From: an uncultured Bacteroidota bacterium | GTDB lineage: Bacteria; Bacteroidota; Bacteroidia; Flavobacteriales; Flavobacteriaceae | Assembly (NCBI GenBank): GCA_902559035.1 | Contig: CACEGG010000002.1 | Location: forward strand, 51,846-115,845 | Direction: 5' to 3' | DNA length: 64,000 bases | In this document: one piece after another, positions 29,780-38,918 of the stretch | Layout: every line of letters starts with the position of its first letter | How positions within the stretch are numbered: the first letter of the stretch is position 1 | Made by a program: the position numbers and the translations under genes | The notes under the pieces: generated by a model | What the model saw: only the letters and a program-made list of their open reading frames with translations | Told to the model about the DNA's origin: nothing | Databases searched by the model: none

Positions 29780-30172
29780 ATGTTAATAGTTGGTTTGTTA
29801 ATTGTTAACTCTTTTTAATAATTATCAAATAAAGGTTCTTTATTAAAATTAAAAATCTTTTGTTATTATTTTTCTTACATCTACTAACATTATTTTTTTA
29901 ATTATTAACAATTTTGTTTTGTTTTTTTATTAACCTTTTAGATTTTAACATGTGTTAATAATTATACTACCTCTTCGACACTTTATTTATTAGTTGTTTA
30001 TTATGTGTTAATTATTTTTGTTTTATTTTCTTAATTAATTCTTTGTTATACAAATTAACAAGCTATAATATAATCCATATATTATTTAAAAATATATTAT
30101 TATTAATATATGATTGTTAACTAATATATCACTTTTAAAACTTTATTAGAATTATATTTACTGTTGTATTAA
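29780..30172. repeat. 393-bp extremely AT-rich non-coding island with 8 copies of TGTTAAY (both orientations) and a 10-bp direct repeat
   Basis: TGTTAAT is at 29781, 29796, 29953 and 30006. ATTAACA (reverse) is at 29904 and 30054. TGTTAAC (contains palindromic GTTAAC) is at 29803 and 30115. ATGTGTTAAT is repeated at 29950 and 30003, 53 bp apart. Confidence 0.7.
30013..30020 (+). promoter_or_regulatory. candidate -7 box (TATTTTTG) that would give rnr a ~145-nt leader
   Basis: It is the only TAnnTTTG match in + orientation that I found in the rpiB-rnr spacer. Confidence 0.25.
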
Positions 30173-32275
30173 ATGGGAAAGAAAAAAACAAAAATTTACG
30201 AAAACGAAATATTAGAAGTATTTAATAAGTTCCCTAAAAAGTCTTATAACTACAGACAGATTAAAAGTAAGATAAAAGAAAAAAAAGATATTTTAATAAT
30301 TAGATCTTTACAAAACCTTAATATAAAAAATAGAATTATAGAAATATCTCCAGGGAAATATATATTAAACAGAAAACAGTATATAGTTGGTGAAATTGAT
30401 AAAACAAAAAAAGGTTCTGCATATCTAATTTCGCCTGATTATGAAAAAGACTTTTTTATTTCAGAGAGTAATATCAATAAAGCCCTTAATGGGGACAAAG
30501 TAAGCTGTGTTAAACTTAATAATAGAGAGGTTGAGGTTGTTAGTGTTGTTTCAAGAAAAAAAGAAAAATACGTAGGGTTAGTTTTTATTGAGAATGGTAT
30601 AAAAAAAATAGAATACAACTCTAATAAAGATTATTTAATTTTTAATACAGACAACAAAGAAATTATAGAAAACGAAATAGTTGTTTTTAATATAAAGGAA
30701 TGGAAACAGAGTGTTCCAGAAGCAAAAGTTTTAAAAAGAATAGGAAAAAAAGGAGAAGTGAACAATGAGATTCACGCCATCTTAGAAGAATTTGAGCTTC
30801 CTTATGAGTTTGAAAAACATTTGTTAGAAGCCGCAGAAAAAACAAAATATTTACAAAACGAAAAAGAAGATAAAAAAAGGAGAAATTTAACAAAAAGCAC
30901 CACGTTTACTATAGACCCACCAGATGCTAAAGATTTTGACGATGCAATTTCTGTAAATAAAATAAATGATTCTCAAACAGAAATAGGAATACATATTGCA
31001 GACGTATCACATTTCTTAAAAGAAAACACAGCCTTAGATAAGGAAGCAAAAAAAAGAGCAACTTCAGTTTATTTAGTTGACAGAGTTGTACCAATGTTAC
31101 CTGAAGAAATTTCTAATAATTTATGTTCTCTAAATCCGAAAGAAAACAAATATTCTTTTTCAGCACTATTCATCTTTGAGGGCGAAAAAATAATAAAAAA
31201 ATGGTTTGGCAAAACGATAATAAATTCAAACGAAAGACTTTCTTATAATGAAGCACAACATGTTATTGACAATAAAACAAATTTGATTCCTGAACAAACA
31301 TCCCTCACAGGCAAGAAAAAAACAATAGACGAAAAAGTATCAAAAGCCATTATATACATAAACAACATAGCTCAGCAACTTAGAGAAAAAAGACACAAGA
31401 AAGGTTCTATTTCTTTTAATAAGACAGAAGTTAAATTTGTTCTGGATAAAAACAAAGAACCAATAGGAACAAAAATTAAAACCGCTCTATCAGCAAACAA
31501 ACTAATAGAAGAATTTATGCTGCTAGCCAACAAAAGCGTGGCAGAAATATTTAGTAAAGAAAAAAGAGGACTTTACAGAGTTCATGATCTTCCAGACGAT
31601 CAAAAGCTAATTACGCTTGAAAGAATAATATTAAAACTAGGGTATAAACAAAATTTAAAAAACCCAAAAAACTTAAACAAAGAAATTAATAGTTTATTAA
31701 GTAAAATAAAAAACTCCCCAGAAAAAAATCTAATAGACACACTGGTTATTAGAAGCATGAGTAAGGCTAAATATTCAACAAAAAACATAGGCCATTTTGG
31801 CTTGTGTTTTGAAAAATATACACACTTTACCTCTCCAATTAGAAGATATCCGGATGTTTTAGTACACCGAGAAATGGAAAAAATTTTATTAAAACAAATA
31901 AAAAAACAAGAAATAGAAGCCCTTTGTTTACACTGTTCAAATAGAGAAGAAGTGGCAACAAAAGCAGAAAGAGCTTCTATTAAGTTTATGCAAGTAAAAT
32001 ACATGTCTACTAAAATTAATCAGAAATTTAACGGAGTTATTTCAGGGATAACAGAAAGAGGGGTTTTTGTTGAGGCTATTGACAATAAATGCGAAGGTTT
32101 TGTAAAAATAAAAGATGTTCCTGGAGATTATTTTGTTTTTAATGAAAAAGAGATGTTAATATTAGGGAGAAACACAAAAGAAGAGTATAGGCTTGGAGAC
32201 TCTGTTTTGATTCAGGTTGACGGAGTAAACCAAAGAAAACAACAAATAGATTTTTCATTAATAGAAAAGGTGTAA
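30173..32275 (+). CDS. rnr: ribonuclease R
   Basis: RNB catalytic region (TIDPPDAKDFDDAISV, HIADVSHF, HFGL....YTHFTSPIRRYPD) and a C-terminal S1 domain (FNGVISGITERGVFVE). Confidence 0.9.
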   Translation: MGKKKTKIYENEILEVFNKFPKKSYNYRQIKSKIKEKKDILIIRSLQNLNIKNRIIEISPGKYILNRKQYIVGEIDKTKKGSAYLISPDYEKDFFISESNINKALNGDKVSCVKLNNREVEVVSVVSRKKEKYVGLVFIENGIKKIEYNSNKDYLIFNTDNKEIIENEIVVFNIKEWKQSVPEAKVLKRIGKKGEVNNEIHAILEEFELPYEFEKHLLEAAEKTKYLQNEKEDKKRRNLTKSTTFTIDPPDAKDFDDAISVNKINDSQTEIGIHIADVSHFLKENTALDKEAKKRATSVYLVDRVVPMLPEEISNNLCSLNPKENKYSFSALFIFEGEKIIKKWFGKTIINSNERLSYNEAQHVIDNKTNLIPEQTSLTGKKKTIDEKVSKAIIYINNIAQQLREKRHKKGSISFNKTEVKFVLDKNKEPIGTKIKTALSANKLIEEFMLLANKSVAEIFSKEKRGLYRVHDLPDDQKLITLERIILKLGYKQNLKNPKNLNKEINSLLSKIKNSPEKNLIDTLVIRSMSKAKYSTKNIGHFGLCFEKYTHFTSPIRRYPDVLVHREMEKILLKQIKKQEIEALCLHCSNREEVATKAERASIKFMQVKYMSTKINQKFNGVISGITERGVFVEAIDNKCEGFVKIKDVPGDYFVFNEKEMLILGRNTKEEYRLGDSVLIQVDGVNQRKQQIDFSLIEKV

Positions 32276-32298
32276 TTTTAAAAAATAATAAATCAACA

Positions 32299-32967
32299 AT
32301 GAAAAAAATAATATTCCTTCTTTTCATACAAAGCGTCTTCTCCCAAATAGAAAAAAATATAGGTGATTTTCAAGAATTAAAAGTGTTAGACGGAATAAAT
32401 GTTGTTTTAGAAAAGGGGGAACAAAATATTTTAAAAATCACAGGAGACAACACAGAAAATGTTGTTATAGTAAACAAGTCAGGCTCATTAACAATAAGAA
32501 TGCAGCTTGTAAAAAAACTAAAAGGACAAAACACAGTAGTTAAACTGACACATAAAAGTAGAATTTTTTTAATTGAAGCAAAAGAAGGGGCAACGGTTAT
32601 TTCTAAAGACAAAACAGACCAGTCTACAATTTATTTAAAAACAGCATCAGGCGGTCAAATAGACTTAGATATACAAACCGAAAAAGCAACCGCAACAGCA
32701 AATAGTGGAGGTGTAATTAATTTAAAAGGAACTACATTTTCTTTTGATGCCATCGTTAAGTCAGGTTCAATTGTTAAAGCTTACGAGCTAAACTCAAGCC
32801 AAACAAAAGTAAAAGCTTCCTCTGGCGGCTCATGTAAAGCTTATGCAAGAGATATTTTTGAAGCTAATGCCTCTTTGGGCGGATCAATTGAGGTGTATGG
32901 CGACCCAAAAACATTTAATCAAGTCATTTCTTTAGGGGGAAGTATAATAGAAACAAATAATGATTAG
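32299..32967 (+). CDS. secreted beta-helical protein, DUF2807 / 'head GIN' domain-like
   Basis: Signal peptide. Repeated SGG/GGS...V strand-turn units typical of DUF2807 putative adhesin heads. Confidence 0.5.
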   Translation: MKKIIFLLFIQSVFSQIEKNIGDFQELKVLDGINVVLEKGEQNILKITGDNTENVVIVNKSGSLTIRMQLVKKLKGQNTVVKLTHKSRIFLIEAKEGATVISKDKTDQSTIYLKTASGGQIDLDIQTEKATATANSGGVINLKGTTFSFDAIVKSGSIVKAYELNSSQTKVKASSGGSCKAYARDIFEANASLGGSIEVYGDPKTFNQVISLGGSIIETNND

Positions 32968-33592
32968 CGATTTTCTTCCAGCAATTTTTCTTGGTATTAT
33001 ATTGTCTTTTACAATCGGACCGGTTTTTTTTACAATCCTAGAAGTAAGCGTTAGCAAAGGGTTCAAGGCTGCCGTTTTTTTTAACATAGGGGTTGTTTTT
33101 TCAGAAATTGTTTTTTTTGCGATAGCCTATGTTAGTACCAGCAGTCTTTTAGAGTCGATACAAGATAACCCGTCTTGGAAAGTGTTAGGGGGCGTTTTGC
33201 TTTCTTTTTATGCAGGAATCACGCTTCTTGGAATGTATCAAAACAAAGAAGAAAAAGAATTCATGATAGACTCTGAAACAGTCTCTCCAAATCTTTTAAA
33301 GAACCTTATAAAAGGGTTTTTACTTAATATTATTAATTTCGCTGTTCTTGTTTTTTGGATTTTAATAGTTGCTAATTATGGCCCAGGATTTAAAGAAACA
33401 CAATACAAAATGGTGGTGTTTTTTTTAGTAATAGTAGGCACATATTTTACAATTGATTTAGGAAAAATATACCTTGCACAGCAGTTAAAAACAAGCCTCA
33501 CTAAAAAGATAATAACCAAAATAAAAATTGCGGTAAACACAATCATTTTAATTATTGGCTTTGTTTTAATATTCAAGGGTTTTTTCGAATAA
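32960..33592 (+). CDS. LysE family amino-acid exporter
   Basis: Six hydrophobic helices and an N-terminal GIILSFTIGPVFF motif typical of LysE/RhtB. Confidence 0.7.
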   Translation: MISDFLPAIFLGIILSFTIGPVFFTILEVSVSKGFKAAVFFNIGVVFSEIVFFAIAYVSTSSLLESIQDNPSWKVLGGVLLSFYAGITLLGMYQNKEEKEFMIDSETVSPNLLKNLIKGFLLNIINFAVLVFWILIVANYGPGFKETQYKMVVFFLVIVGTYFTIDLGKIYLAQQLKTSLTKKIITKIKIAVNTIILIIGFVLIFKGFFE

Positions 33593-33593
33593 A

Positions 33594-33615
33594 AAACCCC
33601 TTAAAAAAGGGGTTT
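33594..33615 (-). terminator. terminator hairpin after tRNA-Cys (also follows the LysE-family gene on +)
   Basis: AAACCCC-ttaaaaaa-GGGGTTT. On the minus strand the stem is followed by a T6 run. Confidence 0.7.
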
Positions 33616-33620
33616 AAAAG

Positions 33621-33691
33621 AGGCACCGAGCGGATTCGAACCGCTGTACAAGCTTTTGCAGAGCTCTGCCTAGCCACTCGGCCACAGTGCC
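33621..33691 (-). tRNA. tRNA-Cys (anticodon GCA)
   Basis: The reverse complement is GGCACTGTGGCCGAGTGGCTAGGCAGAGCTCTGCAAAAGCTTGTACAGCGGTTCGAATCCGCTCGGTGCCT. It folds as a cloverleaf with a 7-bp acceptor stem, anticodon loop CUGCAAA, T-loop GGTTCGAATCC and discriminator U. Confidence 0.95.
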
Positions 33692-33715
33692 AATCAGGGG
33701 CAAAAATACACTTTT

Positions 33716-34084
33716 TTAAAATTTAGAATCTTTTTTTTGAGTTAATTTTATAGAGACCCCAACAGCGTCTCCATTAATTGGAGGGTTTAGTTTCGTGATT
33801 TGGACACTACATTTTTTTATTCTAGGCTCTACTTTAAAAACAGAAGCGATAATTCTATGTGCAACATTTTCTAATAACTTTGAAGGAATACTCATTTCTT
33901 CTTTAACGACCCTGTTTAAAAGCACATAATCAACAGTGTCTTTTAGCTGGTCTGTCTTTGCGCTTTTTTTAAGATCGGCATTAACACTTAAATCCACCCT
34001 ATAGTCAGAGCCAATAGCAGTCTCTTCTTTTAAACAGCCATGAAAAGAATAGCAACGAATGTTTTTCAGCATAATTTTTCCCAT
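33716..34084 (-). CDS. folB: dihydroneopterin aldolase
   Basis: 122 aa. IRCYSFHGCLKEE..IG and DTVDY motifs are typical of FolB. Confidence 0.8.
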   Translation of the reverse strand: MGKIMLKNIRCYSFHGCLKEETAIGSDYRVDLSVNADLKKSAKTDQLKDTVDYVLLNRVVKEEMSIPSKLLENVAHRIIASVFKVEPRIKKCSVQITKLNPPINGDAVGVSIKLTQKKDSKF

Positions 34085-34088
34085 GAAA

Positions 34089-34096
34089 CAAAGATA
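34089..34096 (-). promoter_or_regulatory. -7 box (TATCTTTG) 4 nt from the folB ATG
   Basis: The minus strand reads TATCTTTG-TTTC-ATG. Confidence 0.5.
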
Positions 34097-34128
34097 GTTT
34101 AAAGAAAGAAAAAGACTTAAGAATTATT

Positions 34129-34136
34129 TAACTTTG
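34129..34136 (+). promoter_or_regulatory. -7 box (TAACTTTG) for glnS
   Basis: Matches TAnnTTTG, 13 nt upstream of the GTG start at 34150. Confidence 0.45.
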
Positions 34137-34149
34137 TTATTTATTACAA

Positions 34150-35811
34150 GTGAAAGAATCAAAACATTTTATAGAAAACATAATTGAAGAAGACCTTTCT
34201 TTAGGAGTCCAAAAAAAGGACTTAAAGTTTCGGTTTCCGCCTGAACCCAACGGTTTTTTACACATTGGACACGTTAAGGCAATCTGGATTAATTTTAATC
34301 TAGCTCAAAAATATTCTTCACCAGTTGTGCTCAGATTTGATGATACAAACCCAGAAAAAGAAGAACAGAAATACATTGACGCGATTAAAGAAGATGTTAA
34401 ATGGCTTGGCTACACATGGAAAGAAGAGAGGTATGCTTCAGACTATTTCACTCAATTGCATTCTTGGGCTAATACTCTTATCAAACAAGGGCTTGCTTAT
34501 GTTGATTCCCAAACATCAGATACAATTGCCGATCAGAAAGGCACCCCAATTAAAGCAGGGAAGAACAGCCCATACAGAAACAGGCCTGTAGAGGAGAATA
34601 CAGCCCTGTTTTCAAAAATGACAAACGGAACATATAACGAAGGAGAGCACGTATTAAGAGCAAAAATAGACATGGCCTCAAGCAATATGCTAATGCGGGA
34701 TCCTGTTATTTATAGGGTTTTAAAAAAATCGCACCCTAGGACAAAAGAAAAATGGAAGGTTTATCCAATGTACGATTGGGCTCACGGTCAATCAGACTAT
34801 ATAGAACAAATCACACATTCGTTATGCACGCTTGAATTTAAACCACATAGAGAGCTATACGATTGGTTTTTAGACAAGCTGGTAGAACCTAATAAAATCA
34901 GACCAAAACAAAGAGAGTTTGCGCGTCTTAATTTGAGTCATACCATCACATCTAAAAGAAAATTAATGTTTCTGGTAGAGAAAGGTGTTGTTTCAGGATG
35001 GGACGATCCAAGGATGCCAACAATCTCAGGACTTAGAAGGAGGGGCTATCCCCCTTCTGCATTGAGAGAATTTGTAAGGCTTGCGGGTGTTGCTAAACGG
35101 GAAAATATAATTGAAGCGTCACTTTTGGAATTTTGCGCAAGAGAGGAGCTTAACAAAACCTCTAACAGAGTAATGGTAGTAACAAACCCCTTAAAACTTA
35201 CCATTACCAATTATCCAGGTGATGACGATGAAATCGTTTTGTCAGAGAACAATCCAGAAAACCCAAACGCTGGAGAACGAGAGCTGCCTTTTGGCAAAGA
35301 AATATACATTGAAAAAGAAGACTTTAAGCTTGAGGCAAACAGAAAATATTTTAGGCTTACAATTGGAAAAGAGGTAAGGCTAAAAAGCGCTTATATAATT
35401 AAGGCAAACGAAGTGATGTTTGACAATCAAAACAACATAAAAGAGGTTTTATGTACTTATGACCCCAAAAGCAAAAGTGGTTCTGGAACTGAAGCAAGCC
35501 AAAGAAAGGTTAAAGGGACTTTGCATTGGGTTTCAAAAAAAGCATCAGTAAAAGTTAAGGTTAATGAATACGATAGGCTTTTTGAACACCCTAGTCCTGC
35601 AACCGCACAAAACGAAGAGGAGCTTTTGAAGATGGTTAATCCAGAATCTTCAAAGTCTTGTTTTGCGCAGGCAGAGCCTTCTTTATCAAAAGCAAAAAAA
35701 GGAGACAAATTTCAATTCCAAAGGAAAGGCTATTTCATAGTCGACAACGACACCCCTTCTTTAATGGTTTTTAACAAAACAGTTGGGCTTAGGGATAATT
35801 GGAAGAAATAG
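34150..35811 (+). CDS. glnS: glutamine--tRNA ligase
   Basis: PEPNGFLHIGHVKA (HIGH) and a LSHTITSKRK (KMSKS-like) motif. The size and C-terminal anticodon-binding barrel are typical of GlnRS. GTG start. Confidence 0.9.
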   Translation: MKESKHFIENIIEEDLSLGVQKKDLKFRFPPEPNGFLHIGHVKAIWINFNLAQKYSSPVVLRFDDTNPEKEEQKYIDAIKEDVKWLGYTWKEERYASDYFTQLHSWANTLIKQGLAYVDSQTSDTIADQKGTPIKAGKNSPYRNRPVEENTALFSKMTNGTYNEGEHVLRAKIDMASSNMLMRDPVIYRVLKKSHPRTKEKWKVYPMYDWAHGQSDYIEQITHSLCTLEFKPHRELYDWFLDKLVEPNKIRPKQREFARLNLSHTITSKRKLMFLVEKGVVSGWDDPRMPTISGLRRRGYPPSALREFVRLAGVAKRENIIEASLLEFCAREELNKTSNRVMVVTNPLKLTITNYPGDDDEIVLSENNPENPNAGERELPFGKEIYIEKEDFKLEANRKYFRLTIGKEVRLKSAYIIKANEVMFDNQNNIKEVLCTYDPKSKSGSGTEASQRKVKGTLHWVSKKASVKVKVNEYDRLFEHPSPATAQNEEELLKMVNPESSKSCFAQAEPSLSKAKKGDKFQFQRKGYFIVDNDTPSLMVFNKTVGLRDNWKK

Positions 35812-35812
35812 T

Positions 35813-36748
35813 TTATTTACCTTTTTCTTTCTCTTTTCTCAATGCCGCTTTTTTCATTTCCTCACCGATCTGATTGCTTGCTGTAAAAGAAGCCACCATG
35901 TTGTTTAGCATTTCTGATCCAGCCTGAGGAGAGTTTGGTAGCAAAATCAGATTACTATTGCTTTCAGACCCGACGGATTGAAGCGTGTCATAATGTTGTG
36001 TAACAACAATTAGCGCGGAAGCCTCTTGAGAGTTTATATCTACCCCGTTAAGAACCTTTACGGAATCTTCAAGTCCACGAGCAATTTCTCTTCTTTGGTC
36101 GGCTATACCTTGCCCTTGTAGTCTTTTGCTTTCTGCTTCTGCCTTTGCTCTTTCAACAATTAATATTCTTTGTGCATCACCCTCAAATTGAGCAGCAACT
36201 TTTTCTCTTTCAGAAGCGTTAATCCTGTTCATGGACTCTTTTACTTGTGCGTCAGGATCAATATCTGTAACAAGCGTTTTAATTATGTCAAAACCGTAGT
36301 TTTTCATGGCCTCATTAAGTTCGCCTTTTACCGCGATAGCAATGTCGTCTTTCTTTTCAAAAACATCATCAAGAATCATTTTAGGTACTTCCGCCCTAAC
36401 AACATCAAAGACATACGACGTTATTTGATCTTGAGGATAGTCAAGCTTGTAAAACGCGTCATAAACCTTGTCTTTTATAACCATATATTGAACCGATACT
36501 TTGACTTTTACAAACACATCGTCTTTTGTTTTAGTTTCAACCACCACATCAAGCTGTTGTATTCTTAGGCTTAATCTTCCGGCCACACGATCAATTATTG
36601 GTATTTTAAGCTGAAGCCCAGACTGTCGGGTGCTGGTAAATTTACCAAAGCGCTCTATAATAGCAGCAGACTGTTGCTTGACAATAAAAAACGTGCCAAA
36701 CAGAAGGATAAGAGATAAAAAAACAATTAAAGGAATGTAAAAAATCAT
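35813..36748 (-). CDS. SPFH/band-7 (stomatin/HflC-like) membrane protein
   Basis: An N-terminal TM, an SPFH core (IVKQQSAAIIERFGKF...) and a coiled-coil tail. Confidence 0.8.
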   Translation of the reverse strand: MIFYIPLIVFLSLILLFGTFFIVKQQSAAIIERFGKFTSTRQSGLQLKIPIIDRVAGRLSLRIQQLDVVVETKTKDDVFVKVKVSVQYMVIKDKVYDAFYKLDYPQDQITSYVFDVVRAEVPKMILDDVFEKKDDIAIAVKGELNEAMKNYGFDIIKTLVTDIDPDAQVKESMNRINASEREKVAAQFEGDAQRILIVERAKAEAESKRLQGQGIADQRREIARGLEDSVKVLNGVDINSQEASALIVVTQHYDTLQSVGSESNSNLILLPNSPQAGSEMLNNMVASFTASNQIGEEMKKAALRKEKEKGK

Positions 36749-36827
36749 AGTATATATTAAGTTTTAGGGTTAGCCTATAATATACTAAATTTTCTGCTCA
36801 AATAAAAGCCTGCAGATAAGAATGTTT

Positions 36828-38345
36828 TTATAAATTAACCTTGTTAAGGTGGTCTTTAAGAGTGTGCAGTCTTTCTAACACCTCCTGTTTTCCTATTATC
36901 GAAATCACTTCAAACAAATCAGGCCCTGAAAGCTCGCCAACGATTGATAGCCTAAACAACCCTAGCACCTTTCCAAACCCCCATTCTTTTTCTTTTACAA
37001 GATCCTCAACAAGAGGCTTTAAGTTGTTTAAGTCGCCAGACTTTTCAATAATAGACACGAGGCTTTCTATCACTTCATTAAACCCTGTTTTTTTTAGCCT
37101 TTTGACTTGTTTTTCGGGGTATTCTTTTGGTTTTATAAAAAAGAATCTAGAAGTGTTAAAAACATCATTAAGATCTTCAAGCCGTGGCTTTATTAGTTCG
37201 GCAATCTTGTCTAGCTCTTCTTCTTTATATTTAGAGTGCTCAGAACCAAAGGCTTTTTTAATGCTATCAGACACCAAAGAATTCTTTGTGTTTTGAATGT
37301 GAGAATGATTAAACCAGCGGTTTTTTTCTGGATCAAATCTTGCGCCAGACTTGTTTAGGCCACTAAAAGAAAAGGCCTGAATTAGTTCGCTTAAGCTAAA
37401 AATCTCTTTTTCAGTTCCAGGGTTCCAGCCCAAAAGGCTTAAAAAATTAACAACGGCTTGGGGAAGAAATCCAAATTCTTTGTATCCTTTTGTTTTAACT
37501 ATTCCCGTCCAGCTTGTCGCATAAATAGGAAATCCAAACTTATCACCGTCTCTTTTTGAAAGTTTTCCCTTACCCACAGGCTTTAAAATCAGAGGGAGGT
37601 GTACAAAAGCGGGCTTATCCAACCAGCCAAAAGAATCATAAATCATCGAATGAAGAGGCAAGGAAGGCAACCACTCCTCTCCTCTTATAACATGTGAAAT
37701 TTTCATATGGTGATCGTCTACGACATTAGCAAAATGATATGTTGGCATTCCATCACTTTTATAAAGAATTTTATCATCTAAAGTCTCAGAGTCCACGCTA
37801 ACAACCCCTCTTAATATATCTTCACAAACTATAGTTTTGTTTTCGGGCGTTTTGAAACGCACAACAAACTCTTCTCCGCCGGCTATTTTCTTGTCAACTT
37901 CTTTTTTAGTTAAAGAGATAGAATTTGTCAGCTTGTGTCTATTTTTTGAATTATAAGAAAAAACTCTACCTTTTTTTTCTTCATCAGTTCTTAACAGCTC
38001 GAGCTCTTCCTTAGTGTCAAAAGCATAATAAGCCCCTCCTTTTTCTATAAGAACTGAAATAGCTTTTTTATATAAGTCTTTTCTCTCGCTTTGTCTGTAG
38101 GGCCCAAACTCACCAGGATTAAAAGGGCTCTCGTCTGGCTCAAGGCCACACCAACTTAAGGAATCTATAATGTGTTGTTCGCTCCCTTGGACATACCTGT
38201 TTTTGTCTGTGTCCTCAATTCTCAAAACAAACTTTCCTCCTTTTTGTTTGGCAAACAAATAATTAAAAAGAGCGGTTCTAAGTCCCCCTATGTGTAGCGG
38301 CCCCGTGGGGCTAGGTGCAAAACGTACACGAACAGATTTAGTCAT
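36828..38345 (-). CDS. gltX: glutamate--tRNA ligase
   Basis: VRFAPSPTGPLHIGGLRTALFNY (HIGH) and KLSKRDG (KMSKS). Confidence 0.95.
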   Translation of the reverse strand: MTKSVRVRFAPSPTGPLHIGGLRTALFNYLFAKQKGGKFVLRIEDTDKNRYVQGSEQHIIDSLSWCGLEPDESPFNPGEFGPYRQSERKDLYKKAISVLIEKGGAYYAFDTKEELELLRTDEEKKGRVFSYNSKNRHKLTNSISLTKKEVDKKIAGGEEFVVRFKTPENKTIVCEDILRGVVSVDSETLDDKILYKSDGMPTYHFANVVDDHHMKISHVIRGEEWLPSLPLHSMIYDSFGWLDKPAFVHLPLILKPVGKGKLSKRDGDKFGFPIYATSWTGIVKTKGYKEFGFLPQAVVNFLSLLGWNPGTEKEIFSLSELIQAFSFSGLNKSGARFDPEKNRWFNHSHIQNTKNSLVSDSIKKAFGSEHSKYKEEELDKIAELIKPRLEDLNDVFNTSRFFFIKPKEYPEKQVKRLKKTGFNEVIESLVSIIEKSGDLNNLKPLVEDLVKEKEWGFGKVLGLFRLSIVGELSGPDLFEVISIIGKQEVLERLHTLKDHLNKVNL

Positions 38346-38358
38346 TTAAGTTTTTTTA

Positions 38359-38366
38359 CAAAAGTA
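38359..38366 (-). promoter_or_regulatory. -7 box (TACTTTTG) for gltX
   Basis: The reverse complement of CAAAAGTA, 13 nt upstream of the ATG. Confidence 0.45.
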
Positions 38367-38474
38367 ACGACTTCCGGGCTTTATTTTGTGTTTTTTAATT
38401 TTATTTCTTGCGCAAAAGCACAGTTATAAACCAGAGCAATAAGCAGAAGAGTTTTTATATATAATACAAGAACT

Positions 38475-38482
38475 TATATTTG
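38475..38482 (+). promoter_or_regulatory. -7 box (TATATTTG) for ybeY-mnmG
   Basis: Matches TAnnTTTG, 11 nt upstream of the ATG at 38494. Confidence 0.45.
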
Positions 38483-38493
38483 CAAAAAAACTA

Positions 38494-38916
38494 ATGAACA
38501 TAGATTACGTTTATAATACAGATTTTCACCTTAAGAATGAGAAAAAGATTTCCAAATGGCTCAATAAAGCAGTCGTTTCGGAGGGTTTTTCTATAGGCGA
38601 TCTTGTGTACGCTTTTTTTAACGACAGTGAACTTAAAGACCTGAATAACAGTTACTTGGGTCACGATTATTTTACAGACGTAATATCTTTCAATGACTCT
38701 GAGGGGACTGTCTTGAGCGGTAATATTGCAATTTCTGTTGATAGGGTTTTAGACAACTCAAAAAAATTTAAAACTTCTTTTGAGGATGAGTTGCTTAGGG
38801 TTATGGTGCACGGCCTTCTTCATTTCATGGGTTACGACGATTCAACGGACCTTGAAACGAAACAAATGAGAGACAAAGAAGATAACAATTTAAAATCGTT
38901 CCACGTGGAACAATAA
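38494..38916 (+). CDS. ybeY: rRNA maturation endoribonuclease YbeY
   Basis: HGLLHFMGYDD zinc motif; 140 aa. Confidence 0.9.
   Translation: MNIDYVYNTDFHLKNEKKISKWLNKAVVSEGFSIGDLVYAFFNDSELKDLNNSYLGHDYFTDVISFNDSEGTVLSGNIAISVDRVLDNSKKFKTSFEDELLRVMVHGLLHFMGYDDSTDLETKQMRDKEDNNLKSFHVEQ
38897..38912. other. parS centromere-like site (CGTTCCACGTGGAACA), embedded in the last codons of ybeY
   Basis: 15 of 16 positions match the perfect palindrome TGTTCCACGTGGAACA and fit the parS consensus tGTTNCACGTGAAACa. The sequence encodes ...FHVEQ*. Confidence 0.8.
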
Positions 38917-38918
38917 GT

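Noticed and set aside
29950-30011. Two identical ATG-TGT-TAA mini-ORFs (Met-Cys-stop) and a 12-codon ORF at 29780-29818 as leader peptides
   Set aside because: They are simple by-products of the repeated ATGTGTTAAT / TGTTAA motif in AT-rich DNA. There is no supporting translation signal or attenuator structure.
29780-30172. The AT-rich island as the chromosomal replication origin (oriC)
   Set aside because: I could not find a cluster of canonical DnaA boxes (TTATCCACA). The best matches are only 7/9 (TAATCCATA at 30071-30079, TTATACAAA at 30046-30054). No dnaA or dnaN gene is adjacent. This is kept only as a low-weight alternative in the finding on this island.
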